Part shown: positions 14,090 through 28,210 of the stretch, piece by piece
Layout: each line of letters starts with the position of its first letter
Numbering within the stretch: position 1 is the stretch's first letter
NCBI GenBank assembly: GCA_964016885.1
Contig: OZ024742.1
Coordinates: forward strand, 302,560,001 to 302,624,000
DNA from: Eledone cirrhosa
Lineage: Eukaryota
Direction of reading: 5' to 3'
DNA length: 64,000 bases
The notes under the pieces: generated by a model
Database searches by the model: none
What the model was told of the DNA's origin: nothing
What the model saw: the letters and a program-made list of their open reading frames with translations, nothing else
Position numbers and translations under genes: made by a program

Positions 14090-14509
14090 ATATATTAATA
14101 TATAATATATATATAATATAATATATATATATAATATATATATATATATAATATATATATATAATATATATATACATAATACATATACATAGATAGATAT
14201 ATGTATATCTCTCTCTCTCTATATATATATATGTGTGTGTGTGGGGGGGGGGGGGATTTATAAAAAATCAAAAAACCTCAGCAATGCAACCACCACTAAC
14301 CAGGAATCCATATTTTTTTCTATAAACCCCAAATTTCTAATTTATATGGTTTACGCTTTCGGTTATTGACTGGAGGCAAAGTTGGTAAACGGAACATTCA
14401 AGAACGATCTTGGTTGTTTGAAAATAGAATATCTGGAGGAAAGGATTTTAAGAAATTTCTTCGGGAACAAATATTTCTCTGTTATAAGCAAATGATAAGA
14501 GTGGAATGG

Positions 14510-14796
14510 AATAGAATTCCGTCGGCTTCGACGATGAGTGTTCCAGTTGTTCGATTAATGGAACACGTTTTGAGGAAAATTCAGCGAGAAGCAGTATCGG
14601 ACAAAGCTGGCCCTCGGAATGTATAGGTACACACCATCTGCGGCTTCCAAACAGTTTCAGTTTACCCAGTTTCACTCACAAGACAGGGGTCGACTCACAG
14701 CTATAGTAATGCTCATGATGCCATGGAATGAGATTGAACTTGAGATCCAATGATTGTGAAACGAACGTCGTAACCATTTAACCATACTGCCTCCAC
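14510..14796 (-). mobile_element. tRNA-derived SINE family 2
   Basis: tRNA-like head; gtcttgtgagtg..aaact..ttggaagcc core shared with 45010-45090 and 61760-61830. Confidence 0.6.
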
Positions 14797-15126
14797 AAAT
14801 GTTAATAATATAGAAGACAGCCTCTAGTAGTAGTAGTAGTAGTAGTAATCGTAACAATAGTGATTTTATGAAGTTAAACATATAAAGGTATAAAAAAAGA
14901 AAGTTTTTATGGAATAATATGGCGGCTGGCAGTTAACATTTAAGCAGTATATGTAGTACATTACGAGACGGCAGTACAAGATTATTTATTGTCTTAGTAC
15001 AAGGCAAACGTTTTCTAATTACTCCAAGACGACAATGCAGCTGCCGAACTTTGCAACTCCGCTAACATTATATGAACATTCATTAATATTTATCTACAAC
15101 GAACAGAGATTAATAGCACTAGAGAT

Positions 15127-15790
<664 letters not shown>

Positions 15791-16599
15791 ATATTATATT
15801 ATATTTACAACATTTAAAATCCAGCTGTTGGTTGTAGCTTTAGTGGCAGTGTCGATGATAAATCGTTTGAGTAGTTTCATCTGAGAAGGTTAATTTTGAA
15901 CGTGTAGTCATATATTTCGACACCATGAATTACTAATATCTTACTGCTACTTCTCTTATTAAATTAACCCTACGTAGGTGCTGTGAGAATTTTGAAGAAT
16001 CTTTCTGTTAGAATACGTAAAAAATATCGAATTAAGCATTCCTTAGATAACTTTATAAGACTTATATGAAATAAAAAGGACCTCCTTTGAATACGACGAT
16101 CAGTGCTCCAATTGTTCAATCAACACTCTGCTCAAGAAATTAACGTTGAAGTGTCTGAGCATTCCACAGACACGTGTACCATTAATGTAGTTGACAGGGA
16201 GATTCAGCATATACACAGTGTGTGACAAGACTGGTCCTTTGAATTGCAAATACACTCTATTTGACGAGCTTACAAACAGTTTTCGTCAACTCAGATTCAA
16301 TCATAAGGTATGGGGTGACCCAAGAATATGGTAAATAGCAATTACCCAAGATACCACGAATTTGAATCGGACCCAGTATCTAATAATTTCAAAACAAACT
16401 TCCTAAATATTCGGCCATGTTATGTCCACGTTTGAGTTGTAGACTTGTTGTTTGCTTTAAAACCACCACTTGGTTCTTGGGTGGCTTTAGAGGAGTTCAT
16501 TCTGTAACAAGCATTGGGGCAAGGTTTCGCTTTTTCCCAATAGTCATTGAGGGCCTGATAAAAATTTATGTATACTGCCCTTCCTCCTATTATTAAGTA

Positions 16600-16757
16600 T
16601 CGTATTTCCCGGCGTTGAAGACTCTACTTTTTCCCCCAAATAAGTGTCAAAAATCTACCATGCATCCTGTTGTTTATCATTTTTTTTCCATCTTTTTGCT
16701 TGTCAAAATTAGAGTGCGTCCTCGAGGACGAGGCATCTTCGGTGTCAGGAAATACGG
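16600..16757. mobile_element. Tc1/mariner-superfamily (Tc2/pogo-like) MITE
   Basis: termini (t/c)cgtatttcc...ggaaatacgg flanked by TA on both sides. Confidence 0.6.
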
Positions 16758-17184
16758 TAATCTTAATCAACTCTAGACCGAATGGATTTATATGACTCCC
16801 TTCAATTAAAAGTCTTATACTTCTTCCTCCATTCTTTTCTTCTTTTGGTGTAGATCAATAAGCAAGTAAGGAGCTCGTACAGTGGAGTTTTCTGTTAGAA
16901 ACCACACACAAAACCACTTACTGATATGAACTCATGACATGTATATTATCATGTATATTATCCACTCCACTATTTCATAATTAACTTAAGGATCTACATC
17001 CAAACCTCTTATAGATAGAAGCGGGGTGGTTAATGTTGCAACAGCTTTGATCACAGGACAACTAAATTAAACAGATCTGGGGCTAAACAATAACAGCAGC
17101 AACACAGACAACAATTACAACAGAATATAGAAAAGAAGCTATATGAAAGAAATGGTTCCCATGAATGACAACACATGAATTGTG

Positions 17185-17510
17185 AAGGCAAGTGGCTTAA
17201 TGGTTAGGGTGTTAGGCTCTCGATCGTATGTTCATGAGTTCGGTTACAGCTAACGCATTATGTCTTTGGGCAAGACACTTTATTTCCTGTTGTACTAATC
17301 GAATCAGCAGGTAAAAAAAGAATTATATCTGTAATTTAAAGAACGAGCCTTGTAATACTCTGTGTCACTCTGAATCTCCTTGATAATTATGTTAAAGTAC
17401 ACGTGTCTGTGTAATTCTCAGTCACTTATACGTTCATTTTACGAGCGAGCAGGTCTGCTGATAAATTAACTGGAACACTCGTCATTGGAATCGACAAAGG
17501 TCCAGCACAC
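17185..17510 (+). mobile_element. tRNA-derived SINE (family 2-related)
   Basis: A box TGGCTTAATGG, B-box-like GAGTTCGG, gggcaagacacttta; 3' part shared with 16140-16250 and 45100-45250. Confidence 0.6.
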
Positions 17511-17606
17511 ACATGTATATTGGGTCGTCATGTACGAAATTTGTAGAAATTTGTATTTTTTTCTACAAATTTCTACAAATTTCATACTTGACGACCCAAT
17601 AGATTA

Positions 17607-17645
<39 letters not shown>

Positions 17646-17669
17646 GCGCGCGCACGCACACACACACGC

Positions 17670-17701
<32 letters not shown>

Positions 17702-17772
17702 GTATTAAATTTGAACGCACAATCTATTAACAACAATAAAAGTAACACCACCTAAAATATATTCACTCACAA

Positions 17773-17936
17773 AATAATTGTTTCTACATTTGGCACAAGG
17801 CCAGCAATTACCCAGTGCATTACTGGTACTTTATTTTATCGACCCCGTAAGGATGAAAGGCAAAGTCAACCTCAGCGGGATTTGAACTCAGATCATAAAG
17901 GGACGTAACTATGCTGGAAAGCATGGCGTCCGACTC
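17773..17936 (-). mobile_element. tRNA-derived SINE family 1
   Basis: matches 19969-20157; core gcctttcatccttacggggtcgataaaat resembles the Meta-SINE domain as recalled (unverified). Confidence 0.8.
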
Positions 17937-18342
17937 ACAAAATAATGAAATGAATGACAACTGTTCGCACAGTTAATAACATTGGAAATTTCTAATGGCA
18001 AATGTATAATTGTGATTTGAAATGTGTTAACGTAAAATGTGCTGCTGCTACCTACAAACAGCAATACACAACAGGCAGGCATACATACTGTAACAACACA
18101 TCTGTATACACAAATACACACACTACACATCTATATACTCAACATATTTATATACACAAATAACACCACATACAGAAATACACACAGACTCACCACATTT
18201 ATATATAGTCACATCCATATACATATTAATGAACACGCTCTTGCATTCACACAGTCACTCCTTATATAGTCACATATAGTCACCATTGAGAGAATCACTA
18301 ATTCATTTCTTTTAATAATCACTAAGACAAACTCACCGACAG

Positions 18343-18394
<52 letters not shown>

Positions 18395-18494
18395 AACATA
18401 CAGATATATAAATGTACATATATGCATATATAATTATATATATACTCATATATATATATATACATTTATATATTCTTATATATATACTAATATA

Positions 18495-18583
<89 letters not shown>

Positions 18584-18683
18584 TCACACACACACACACA
18601 TATATATGTACATATGTATATATATACGTATATACAAATACTTTATATATCTATAAATATATATACACTCACACAGTCAAACG

Positions 18684-18742
<59 letters not shown>

Positions 18743-19171
18743 CTCATTTACGTTTTTTTGTTTAATTTTTCGATTCTGTTTTTGTGTTTCTCCTTCTTAA
18801 TGTTTCTGTTTAGAGAAAAGAGGAAGAGGCTTCTAAAGCCAAGATTTGCTGAGTTTGTGTGCAATGTTTCATTAGTTAGGCCGCATTATAAATTGGATTA
18901 ATATCTGTATCGCAAAAATTACGTCAAATTTGAGAGTTACTGGTTTATAATTTGAGATTAGACATTACTAGAAGCCGTAGAAAGACACGGATTTGGCCGT
19001 ATCTTACTAAACTACCCACGTAAACGAAATGTGCTTGTAAAGAAAATATGCAACGAATTACTAAAAAGAAAGAAACAAAGATTTAGGAAAATATAGAAAC
19101 TGGGAGAAAAATAAAAGATAAAGGAATAAAGAGAGGGGGAGAGAGAGAAGAGTGTGTGAGAAGAATGGAGG

Positions 19172-19202
<31 letters not shown>

Positions 19203-19263
19203 CGGGTGAACTACAGAGTGTAAGTAATGTATGCTATACTATGTGCTTTATTACTTCTATCAG

Positions 19264-19299
<36 letters not shown>

Positions 19300-19382
19300 C
19301 TGATAGAAGTAATAATTTTTATATATAAATATATATATGTATATATATATCTCTCTCTCTATATATATATATTTATTATATA

Positions 19383-19413
<31 letters not shown>

Positions 19414-19775
19414 TATATAAATATGTGTGTGTGTGTATACATATATATGAGCGCGTGTGTAGAGAAAGAGAAAGAAGAAAGGAGAGAGAAAGAGAGAGAT
19501 AAGAAGACAGAGAAGGATAGATAGATAGATAGAGAGAGAGAGGAGGGAGTCTCACCAGCTGAATATAATGAGGAGAAAAACATCAATCGGCTGGGATTAA
19601 TTACCCTATTGGAATGAGTGTTCAAATTCCAGCCACTCCCACCAAAAACCCCACGAACAACGGAAATATCAATAAGGATTTACGCAGACTCATCTTTGAA
19701 TGAGTGATACTCCACTTTACAGTAATTTTCATTTTATTCCAATACACACTAGCGTGATCCTAGAGTCACCCCACT

Positions 19776-19844
<69 letters not shown>

Positions 19845-19968
19845 TATATATACAAGTGGAAGCTTAGTAAAATCGAAGCTTTGGCTGTGGCCAACCTTCC
19901 CACGTTTTTCATTATTGAATTTTTTCTACCCTTCCCCATTTTACTCTCTTTCTAAATACTTTCATTAT

Positions 19969-20157
19969 TGGTTGATTGGCAGTATCGGTAGAGGGTCGGA
20001 TGCCATGCTTTGCAGCATAGAGTTACGGCCCTTTATGGTCTGAGTTCAAATCCCGGCGAGGTTAACTTTGCCTTTCATCCTTACGGGGTCGATAAAATGA
20101 AGTACCAGTAACGTACTGGGTAATTGCTGGCCTTGTGCCAAAAGTAGAAACAATTAT
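19969..20157 (+). mobile_element. tRNA-derived SINE family 1
   Basis: A box TGGCAGTATCGG, B box GAGTTCAAATCC, conserved core, multiple copies in window. Confidence 0.85.
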
Positions 20158-20269
20158 TGTATACTTAATAAATAATCATTTATTTATTTGAACTGATAAT
20201 AACAACGAGAGAAACATTGAACAAGTGAAAAAGAAAACAAATACGAACAGGATTTCAAAAAAAAAAGAA

Positions 20270-20561
20270 AAGTGGAAAGCTCTACACCTTTGGTTGAGTG
20301 GTACATCGCAGCTGTTTTCTGGAACAGCGGAGAACAGCCAGCAGCACCTACTGAAAGCAGCTGTTCCACGGAGCCAAAGTTGTCAATCCCCACGCGATGG
20401 GCCCCGGAGACTGATCATTGATCTCTGATCTCGATCGGGTAAACGACAACAACTGGAGACAGAAGAAGAAGAAGAAGAAGAAGAAGAAGAAGAAGAAGAA
20501 GAAGAAGAAGAAGAAGAAGAAGAAGAAGAAGAAGAAGAAGAAGAAGAAGAAGAAGAAGAAG
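20270..20561 (+). mobile_element. Possible 3' end of an RLE-type non-LTR element with (GAA)n tail
   Basis: LLKAAV/HGAKVVN resembles RLE-LINE C-termini; short GC-rich UTR followed by (GAA)n. Confidence 0.35.
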
Positions 20562-20656
20562 ACATTCTACATCACACGTGACCGGGGTGTGACGTATGAT
20601 CTGAAACACTTCGCACCGTGGTGCTATGAAGTTAGACATGACAAGAGCTGAAACCT

Positions 20657-20713
<57 letters not shown>

Positions 20714-20894
20714 TACAATAACAGAGATAGTTTAAAGCTAAACTCTGACTGGTAACCATCTCACTCAACAAACATTAGGTTATATTAAAATATAAACCCA
20801 ATTTAAGTGTTTGGGGTGCTAACAATATGTATAATGTGGAAAAACCAGTTGTATTATTTTATGAGATATAATTAAAGTTAAAGTATATCTCTCT

Positions 20895-21022
20895 TTCCAA
20901 ACAATTGTTTCATTATAAGTTTTCTACAAGTTTGGGAGAATGTTTCCAGTTTATGTAGAAGCCTAATATATATTCTCATGAAAGAATATATTTAGGTGGG
21001 CACTTATAAATCATCAGTGGAA
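20895..21022 (-). ncRNA. Type I hammerhead with branched ~100-nt stem II
   Basis: ttcca-CTGATGA-t ttataagt...acttataa t-GAAAC-AATT-GTT-tggaa; tail related to 3351-3475. Confidence 0.8.
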
Positions 21023-22581
21023 GCCCATTAAACATTGATATAAGAAAACAAATTTCTTACCGCTGTCAAAAATCATGTCCGTAAAGTATCTCTCTCTCGC
21101 CTCGAATGACCGCTAAATTTGAAATTCCAGCAGTTTTTGACTGAGGAAGTATCATAGCGACACGAAGCGGGAAGGGGAGACAACTCACGAAATGAGGAAA
21201 AAATAATATACACGCGGGTTAATTAGTTTTTTTGAAAACATTATCAATCCAACGTGTTTAAGAACTCAATTGAAAATAAAAAAATAAATATATGCTTGTA
21301 TATATATATATATTTAAAAGAATAGAGGTGTAACACACGAGTTGTGATATATTGGTAAAAGGAAAAGAAAATGCTGACAAATTGTTCCCAGTGAAAAATA
21401 GTTTAATTAGGAATAAGTAAAAATTAGTAATAAGTATTGGTTAGTATTCAGTTTTGGTTTTAAGTTTTTACCGGTTGCGCATTTCTAATGTTTTTCAAAA
21501 ATAATTTTGAGAGCGCCCGTGATGTTTGTTCTAATCTGATCACTTTTGGAAATTCTACCTGTTTTATATAAAAAAAGTGGCTCCAGTGGTATTAAAATAA
21601 GTTTCGCGCCAATTCGTGTTGCAAAAATTCTTGTGGTCAAAACAATTTTGATTGGTCGGTAGAGGTCACGTGAATGTTAAAAATTGATTTTGCGCCAAAT
21701 GTAGGTTTGTCGAAGAGTGTCCTTTTTCGCCTGATTGAGAAGTCACTGAAAAATAAGTCTTTTAAGACAAATATGTGTGTGTGTGTGTGTGTGTGTATAT
21801 GTCTCTTTGTATGTTAGTGTACGCGTGTGTATGTGTGTGTATATATGTGTGTGTGTATATGTATGTGTGTGTGTGTGTGTGTGTGGGTGGACCAGTATTT
21901 TTGTGATACTGGTAAAAATGGTGTACATTATTCGATATTTTCAGCAAAAACGATTGTCTCAAGAGAACATGAAAAACATTAATAGTAAAAGGTGTGAAAT
22001 GATATATAGTATTGTCATAACACCAAGGTGTCTGTGAGTGTCGAGATTGTACGTACTGCAAGGGGAATCCATTAGGCCCTGCCGTATTGGAATACTTGTG
22101 TACAAATATGTATGTGCCCATCAGTGTGCAATGTATGTATGCGTATATGTATGTGTGTGTGTCGGCACGTTTATATCTATAGACATCAAAAGGTATGCAA
22201 ATTTGTGTATATTTGTGTTGCACCATAGAACATGTGTGTTTACGTATGTCACTGTGTTTATATGTGGATAGAGATGTATGTAGGATGTATGCTGATGTAG
22301 GTATGTATGTTGACGTGTGTATGTTGTGGGTTCGTCTTAGGGAAATTGGCGCGAAACTTATTTTAATACTTCTGGAGCCACTTTTTTCACATAAAACAAG
22401 TAGAATTTCCCAAACTGATCAGATTAGAGCAAACATCACGGGCGCTATATCTCAAAATTATTTTTGAAAAGCATTAGAAATGCGCAACCGGTAAAAACTT
22501 AAAACCAAAACTGAATACTAACCAATACTTATTACTAATTTTTACTTATTCCTAATTAAACTATTTTTCACTGGGAACAAT

Positions 22582-23940
22582 TTGTCAGCATTTTCTTTTC
22601 CTTTTACCAATATATCACAACTCGTGTGTTACACCTCTATTCTTTTAAATATCATATCCTCACACGAGATACAGAAAATGCCAACAAAAACAGATACAAC
22701 TCTTATAAACACAAATGAAGAGATTCTACAGGAACTCAAGAAAATTAACACCAACCTATCTGTGCTGGTCGACAAACTTGACTCCACAAATGAGGAAACC
22801 GTCACCGGATACAAACCCTCCGAAATCGGCGATAAACTTCAATACCTTTGCGATACTATCCAAACTATGTTCACTACTACCAACCCAGGAAAAACCAACG
22901 AAGAACCATGTGAGATTGATTCATACAAAATGAAAATTCGAACAATTCCAAAATGGAACAAATCCCTCAGAGACAGAAAGTTCTCATTCTGGAAGATGAT
23001 TCAAAATCACAACAAAGCGGAGATATATGAAAAATGGCCTAACTCAACCCCTCTAACTCTCCCCCGTAAAATACAAATAAAGTCCATTCCAAATGAACCC
23101 GAACCTCAAAGACACCTTAGGGAAAGAATGGCATTGGAAAAAATGAAGACAGAAATTGAACTTCTTAAATTGAGGGCCCAGACAAATGAGGAAAAAATCA
23201 AAACCATCGATGAAGAGATCCTCCTGGAAATCAACAATAAGACTGAAGGTCCCAAGGTAGAGAAGATCTCTAAATTATGGAAAGGGGACTGCAACAGAGA
23301 AGAACTGAAATCCCTTCAACGCTGGGAAAAAAGTGCCGCTTGGTTCCTAAACTATGAATCGACTTTTCAAACGGATTACACCTCCAATAACCCGTTCATA
23401 AAAATAGGAAAACCCATAACCGAACTGCACGACAACTCCGCAAACCCCCCAACCACTAACAAAAGAAGAAGGAAGCACCACACCGAAGATGAACTTCCCA
23501 ACATCGCTTCCATAAGAAGGAACAAAAACCCTAGAAATCATCACCCCCAGAATGAAATTTATAACTTTCCCCCTTCAAGGAGACACCATACCAAATCACT
23601 CAACTACTACGCGGATGCCTCATCGTCAAACATAGGGATAAGATACCACCACCATGATAGATGTAACAACTTCCCCGCTTCAAGGGGACAGCAAGGTAAT
23701 TTCCATTTTCTCAACTCTCGCTTCCACAATACACAACAAACCCACACCACACGATACAACAAACAACATAGTCCACCTATAACACCACAATCCAACATGG
23801 CACATAGAAACACACATCCATACTCGCAATACAGGAACACCCCATTCAATCTACAACCACGAACCCGAACCACATTTTACAACAACAAGGAATACAACAA
23901 ACACAGGAGACCACTTAACATCAGCAGACAACCCCTCTAA
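22582..23940 (+). CDS. PLE upstream ORF1, helical/coiled-coil-like with basic low-complexity tail (likely ATG at 22678)
   Basis: 452-codon open frame directly upstream of the RT frame; heptad-like EILQELKKINTNLSVLVDKL and EKMKTEIELLKLRAQTNEEKIKTIDEEI. Confidence 0.65.
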   Translation: MSAFSFPFTNISQLVCYTSILLNIISSHEIQKMPTKTDTTLINTNEEILQELKKINTNLSVLVDKLDSTNEETVTGYKPSEIGDKLQYLCDTIQTMFTTTNPGKTNEEPCEIDSYKMKIRTIPKWNKSLRDRKFSFWKMIQNHNKAEIYEKWPNSTPLTLPRKIQIKSIPNEPEPQRHLRERMALEKMKTEIELLKLRAQTNEEKIKTIDEEILLEINNKTEGPKVEKISKLWKGDCNREELKSLQRWEKSAAWFLNYESTFQTDYTSNNPFIKIGKPITELHDNSANPPTTNKRRRKHHTEDELPNIASIRRNKNPRNHHPQNEIYNFPPSRRHHTKSLNYYADASSSNIGIRYHHHDRCNNFPASRGQQGNFHFLNSRFHNTQQTHTTRYNKQHSPPITPQSNMAHRNTHPYSQYRNTPFNLQPRTRTTFYNNKEYNKHRRPLNISRQPL

Positions 23941-23954
23941 CCCAACCAATTTTT

Positions 23955-26144
23955 AGACACAGCACACAGATACAGGCAAACAAAATAACACAAGACAGGG
24001 AGGAGAAACCGAGAGTAATAAAAATTATCAATGTAACTAGTGCAGAACCAACACCCAACCTTATCAACTTACTCTCCAAAGGTCTCAAATTCACACCGAC
24101 CCCACTACGTCCTAACTACTATGAAATGAAGGAAGACATCACAGACTTCTGTAGAAAGGAAGACATCACAAACTTCCCTTACCAACACTTGCACAGACAA
24201 AAACATAAGCCAAACCTCAACAAGAAAGAATGGGTAGAATTAAATAGATTAAAAACCGACAGAACCATAACAATTAAAGAGGCTGATAAAGGGAGTACAG
24301 TAGTCCTAATGGAGACAGAATTCTATATCAACTTAGCGTTCTCCACTTTGGAAAACGAAACATACTACGAAAAGGCTGAACACTACAATCAACAGAAAAT
24401 TATGAGAAACCTAAAAATTCTGATCAACCAATACAAAGAAGGACTCACTAACAAGGAATTCAGCTTCATCACAGACTTCACAAGTAAATCCAGCCTTTTC
24501 TACGGTATCCCTAAAGTACATAAAAGCGAATTAATAAGTAAGGCATGCAAGGAAGCCACAGACATAGTCATCAATGTCCCCTCATCCAATGAGACCTATA
24601 ATAGCAGGCCCCGCTTGCGAAACCCATCGCCTTAACTTCATTGATACCCTTCTCAAGCCTTTTCTCAAACACATCAAAAGCTATATAAAGGACGACCTAG
24701 ATATGCTCAATCACCTCCCTAATATACCCATTTCTGAACAAACCCTACTAGTGACGTTCGATGTAGTCAACCTATACTCCAACATTCCCCACAACCTAGG
24801 AATAGAAGCTATCCAATTCTGGCTGGATAATTACCACAATGAACTCCCACAACGCATCAAAAAAGAATTCGTGATAGAGGGACTCAAATTTATCTTGGAG
24901 AACAATTACTTCGTTTTCAATAACAAATCCTACAGGCAGAAATCTGGGACCGCTATGGGAACGACAACAGCCCCCACTTATGCCAACCTAGTCATGGGAT
25001 ACCTGGAAATCACCCTCTACATTAAAGTACTAAACAAATTTGGAAACACTCTCCACTTACACATACAAAGGAACTGGAAGCGATATCTAGATGACTGGTT
25101 CATTCTCTGGCACGAAAACATTGAGAAACTTAAAGAATTTCACACCCTTATAAATGGGCTCAACACGAATATTAACTTTACGATGGAATACAGCCATCAA
25201 CAACTCCCCTTCCTCGACATCCTCATTAAGATTGATAACAAATAAATAGAAACAGACATATAATACAAGCCCACAGACTCAAAGCAATATCTTCCTTTCA
25301 ACTCTTGCCACCCTAGACACGTTAAAATTAATATTCCCTACAACTTAGCCAAGAGAATCTGTACTATAGTCTCCAATAAAAACACTTGTTATTTACGGCT
25401 ACAAGAACTAAAGGACACACTCATAGGCAGGGACTACCCTGCATCACTAATTGACAATGGAATCCAACGTGCCCTAAACTCAGTACCCAGGACCTTAGAC
25501 ACCCTAAAGTAAATCAACCGAAACTAAAAGCTCTTCCATACATCTTCACACACAACTACCTCAACAATGAGGCCTTTGACACCATCCTCCAGAACATCCA
25601 TGTGTTAAAAAAGGACCATAGAATGAACCAAATCCTTCGAACACACGATATCATAAAGAGCAAAAGACAATCTAAGTCAATGAAAAACATCCTAACGCAT
25701 GCCAAAGTACTGCCAACCACAACAACGAAACCCACAGTAAAAAAATGCGATAGACCCAACTGTGGCATATGCATCAACCTAATTGAGGGTTCGGAATTCT
25801 ATTTCAAAGAAGGACAACGTTTTATAGTAAAACACAATTTCACATGCGCATCAGAAAATCTAATATATGTATTAACTTGCTCAGGTTGTCGAGAACAATA
25901 CATAGGCCAGACCAAAAACAGCCTCCGCAAACGCATGACTGTCCATAGATCCCAAATTAAAATACGGGAATACAGGAGAATACCACTGAGTGAACACATT
26001 GATACCTGTGCCGCCCAAAATCATCCCAACTTCAGAATCTTTCCCCTCTACAAATTTAAAGATAATGCCACCCACACCCAGCGCATCAGCAAGGAATCTC
26101 ACTTTATTAACAAATACGGACCCCGTCTAAACACTTCTCCCTAA
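23955..26144 (+). pseudogene. PLE RT + Zn-finger linker + GIY-YIG endonuclease
   Basis: LSKGLKFTPTP, IKEADKG, FYGIPKVHK, RPII, FDVVNLYSNI, GTAMG, RYLDD, LPFLD, CDRPNCGIC, NLIYVLTC..C..QYIGQT; several stops and frameshifts. Confidence 0.92.
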
Positions 26145-26733
26145 GACGAACCCACAACATACAAACGTCAACATACATACCTACATCAGCATACATCCTA
26201 CATACATCTCTATCCACATATAAACACAATGACATACGTAAACACACATGTTCTATGGTGCAACACAAATATACACAAATTTGCATACCTTTTGCTGTCT
26301 ATAGATATAAACGTGCCGACACACACACATACATATACGCATACATACATTGCACCCTGATGGGCACATACATATTTGTACACAAGTATTCCAATACGGC
26401 AGGGCCTAATGGATTCCCCTTGCAGTACGTACAATCTCGACACTCACACACACCTTGGTGTTATGACAATACTATATATCATTTCACACCTTTTATTATT
26501 AATATTTTTGATGTTCTCTTGAGAGAATCGTTTTTGCTGAAAATATCGAATAATGTACACCATTTTTACCAGTATCACAAAAATACTGGTCCACCCACAC
26601 ACACATATATATATACACACACACATACACACGCGTACACTAACATACAAAGAGACATTCACACACACACACACACGCGCGCGCGCGTGCACACACACAC
26701 ACATACACACAAACACACACACACACACACACA

Positions 26734-26782
<49 letters not shown>

Positions 26783-26902
26783 CTCCGTATAAGACAAGTG
26801 CTGAAAATTATCTTTCAACATGTTAAAATATCCCCCACACACGTACAGACACATTCCTGCTGACGATCCCTCTACCACGAATTACTCTGCTACACACACA
26901 CA

Positions 26903-26973
<71 letters not shown>

Positions 26974-27507
26974 TTGTCTTAATAGGCACCTGAACTGTTG
27001 ACCTTTCAACATGACTGCAATTCACCAACACATCCCTACTGACCATTATCACAACAATGAACCTCTTTACTACACACACACACACATATTTGTCTTAAAA
27101 GACTTATTTTTCAGTGACTTCTCAATCAGGTGAAAAAAGACACTCTTCGACAAACCTACATTTGGCGCAAAATCAATTTTTAACATTCACGTGACCTCTA
27201 CCGACCAATCAAAATTGTTTCACCACAAGAATTTTTGCAACACGAATTGGCGCGAAACTTATTTTAATACCTCTGGAGCCACTTTTTTCACATAAAACAG
27301 GTAGAATTTCCAAAACTGATCAGATTAGAGCAAACATCACGAGCGCTCTATCTCAAAATTATTTTTGAAAAGCATTAGAAATGCGCAACCGGTAAAAGCT
27401 TCAAACCAAAACTGAATACTAACCAATACTTATTACTAATTTTTACTTATTCCTAATTAAACTGTTTTTCACTAAGAACAATTTGTGAGCATTTTCTTTT
27501 CCTTTTA

Positions 27508-27573
<66 letters not shown>

Positions 27574-27638
27574 GGAAACATTTGAACAGGGACAAAACAG
27601 AGAGGCAGTACAATAAATGTTTATTAATTTCACGCTCA

Positions 27639-28120
<482 letters not shown>

Positions 28121-28210
28121 ATAAATATACACGGGTGTATATATATATACATATATATACATATATAAATAAATATACACGAGTGTGTATGATTGTGTAT
28201 AGAAGATTAT

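Larger units (their letters stand above)
21315..27512 (+). mobile_element. Penelope-like element (GIY-YIG, Neptune-like) with inverted 5' pLTR
   Basis: 21315-22343 is the reverse complement of the 3' region 26140-27512 (internally shorter) plus tail; direct partial pLTR 22344-22650; RT and GIY-YIG; (TA)n flanks. Confidence 0.92.
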
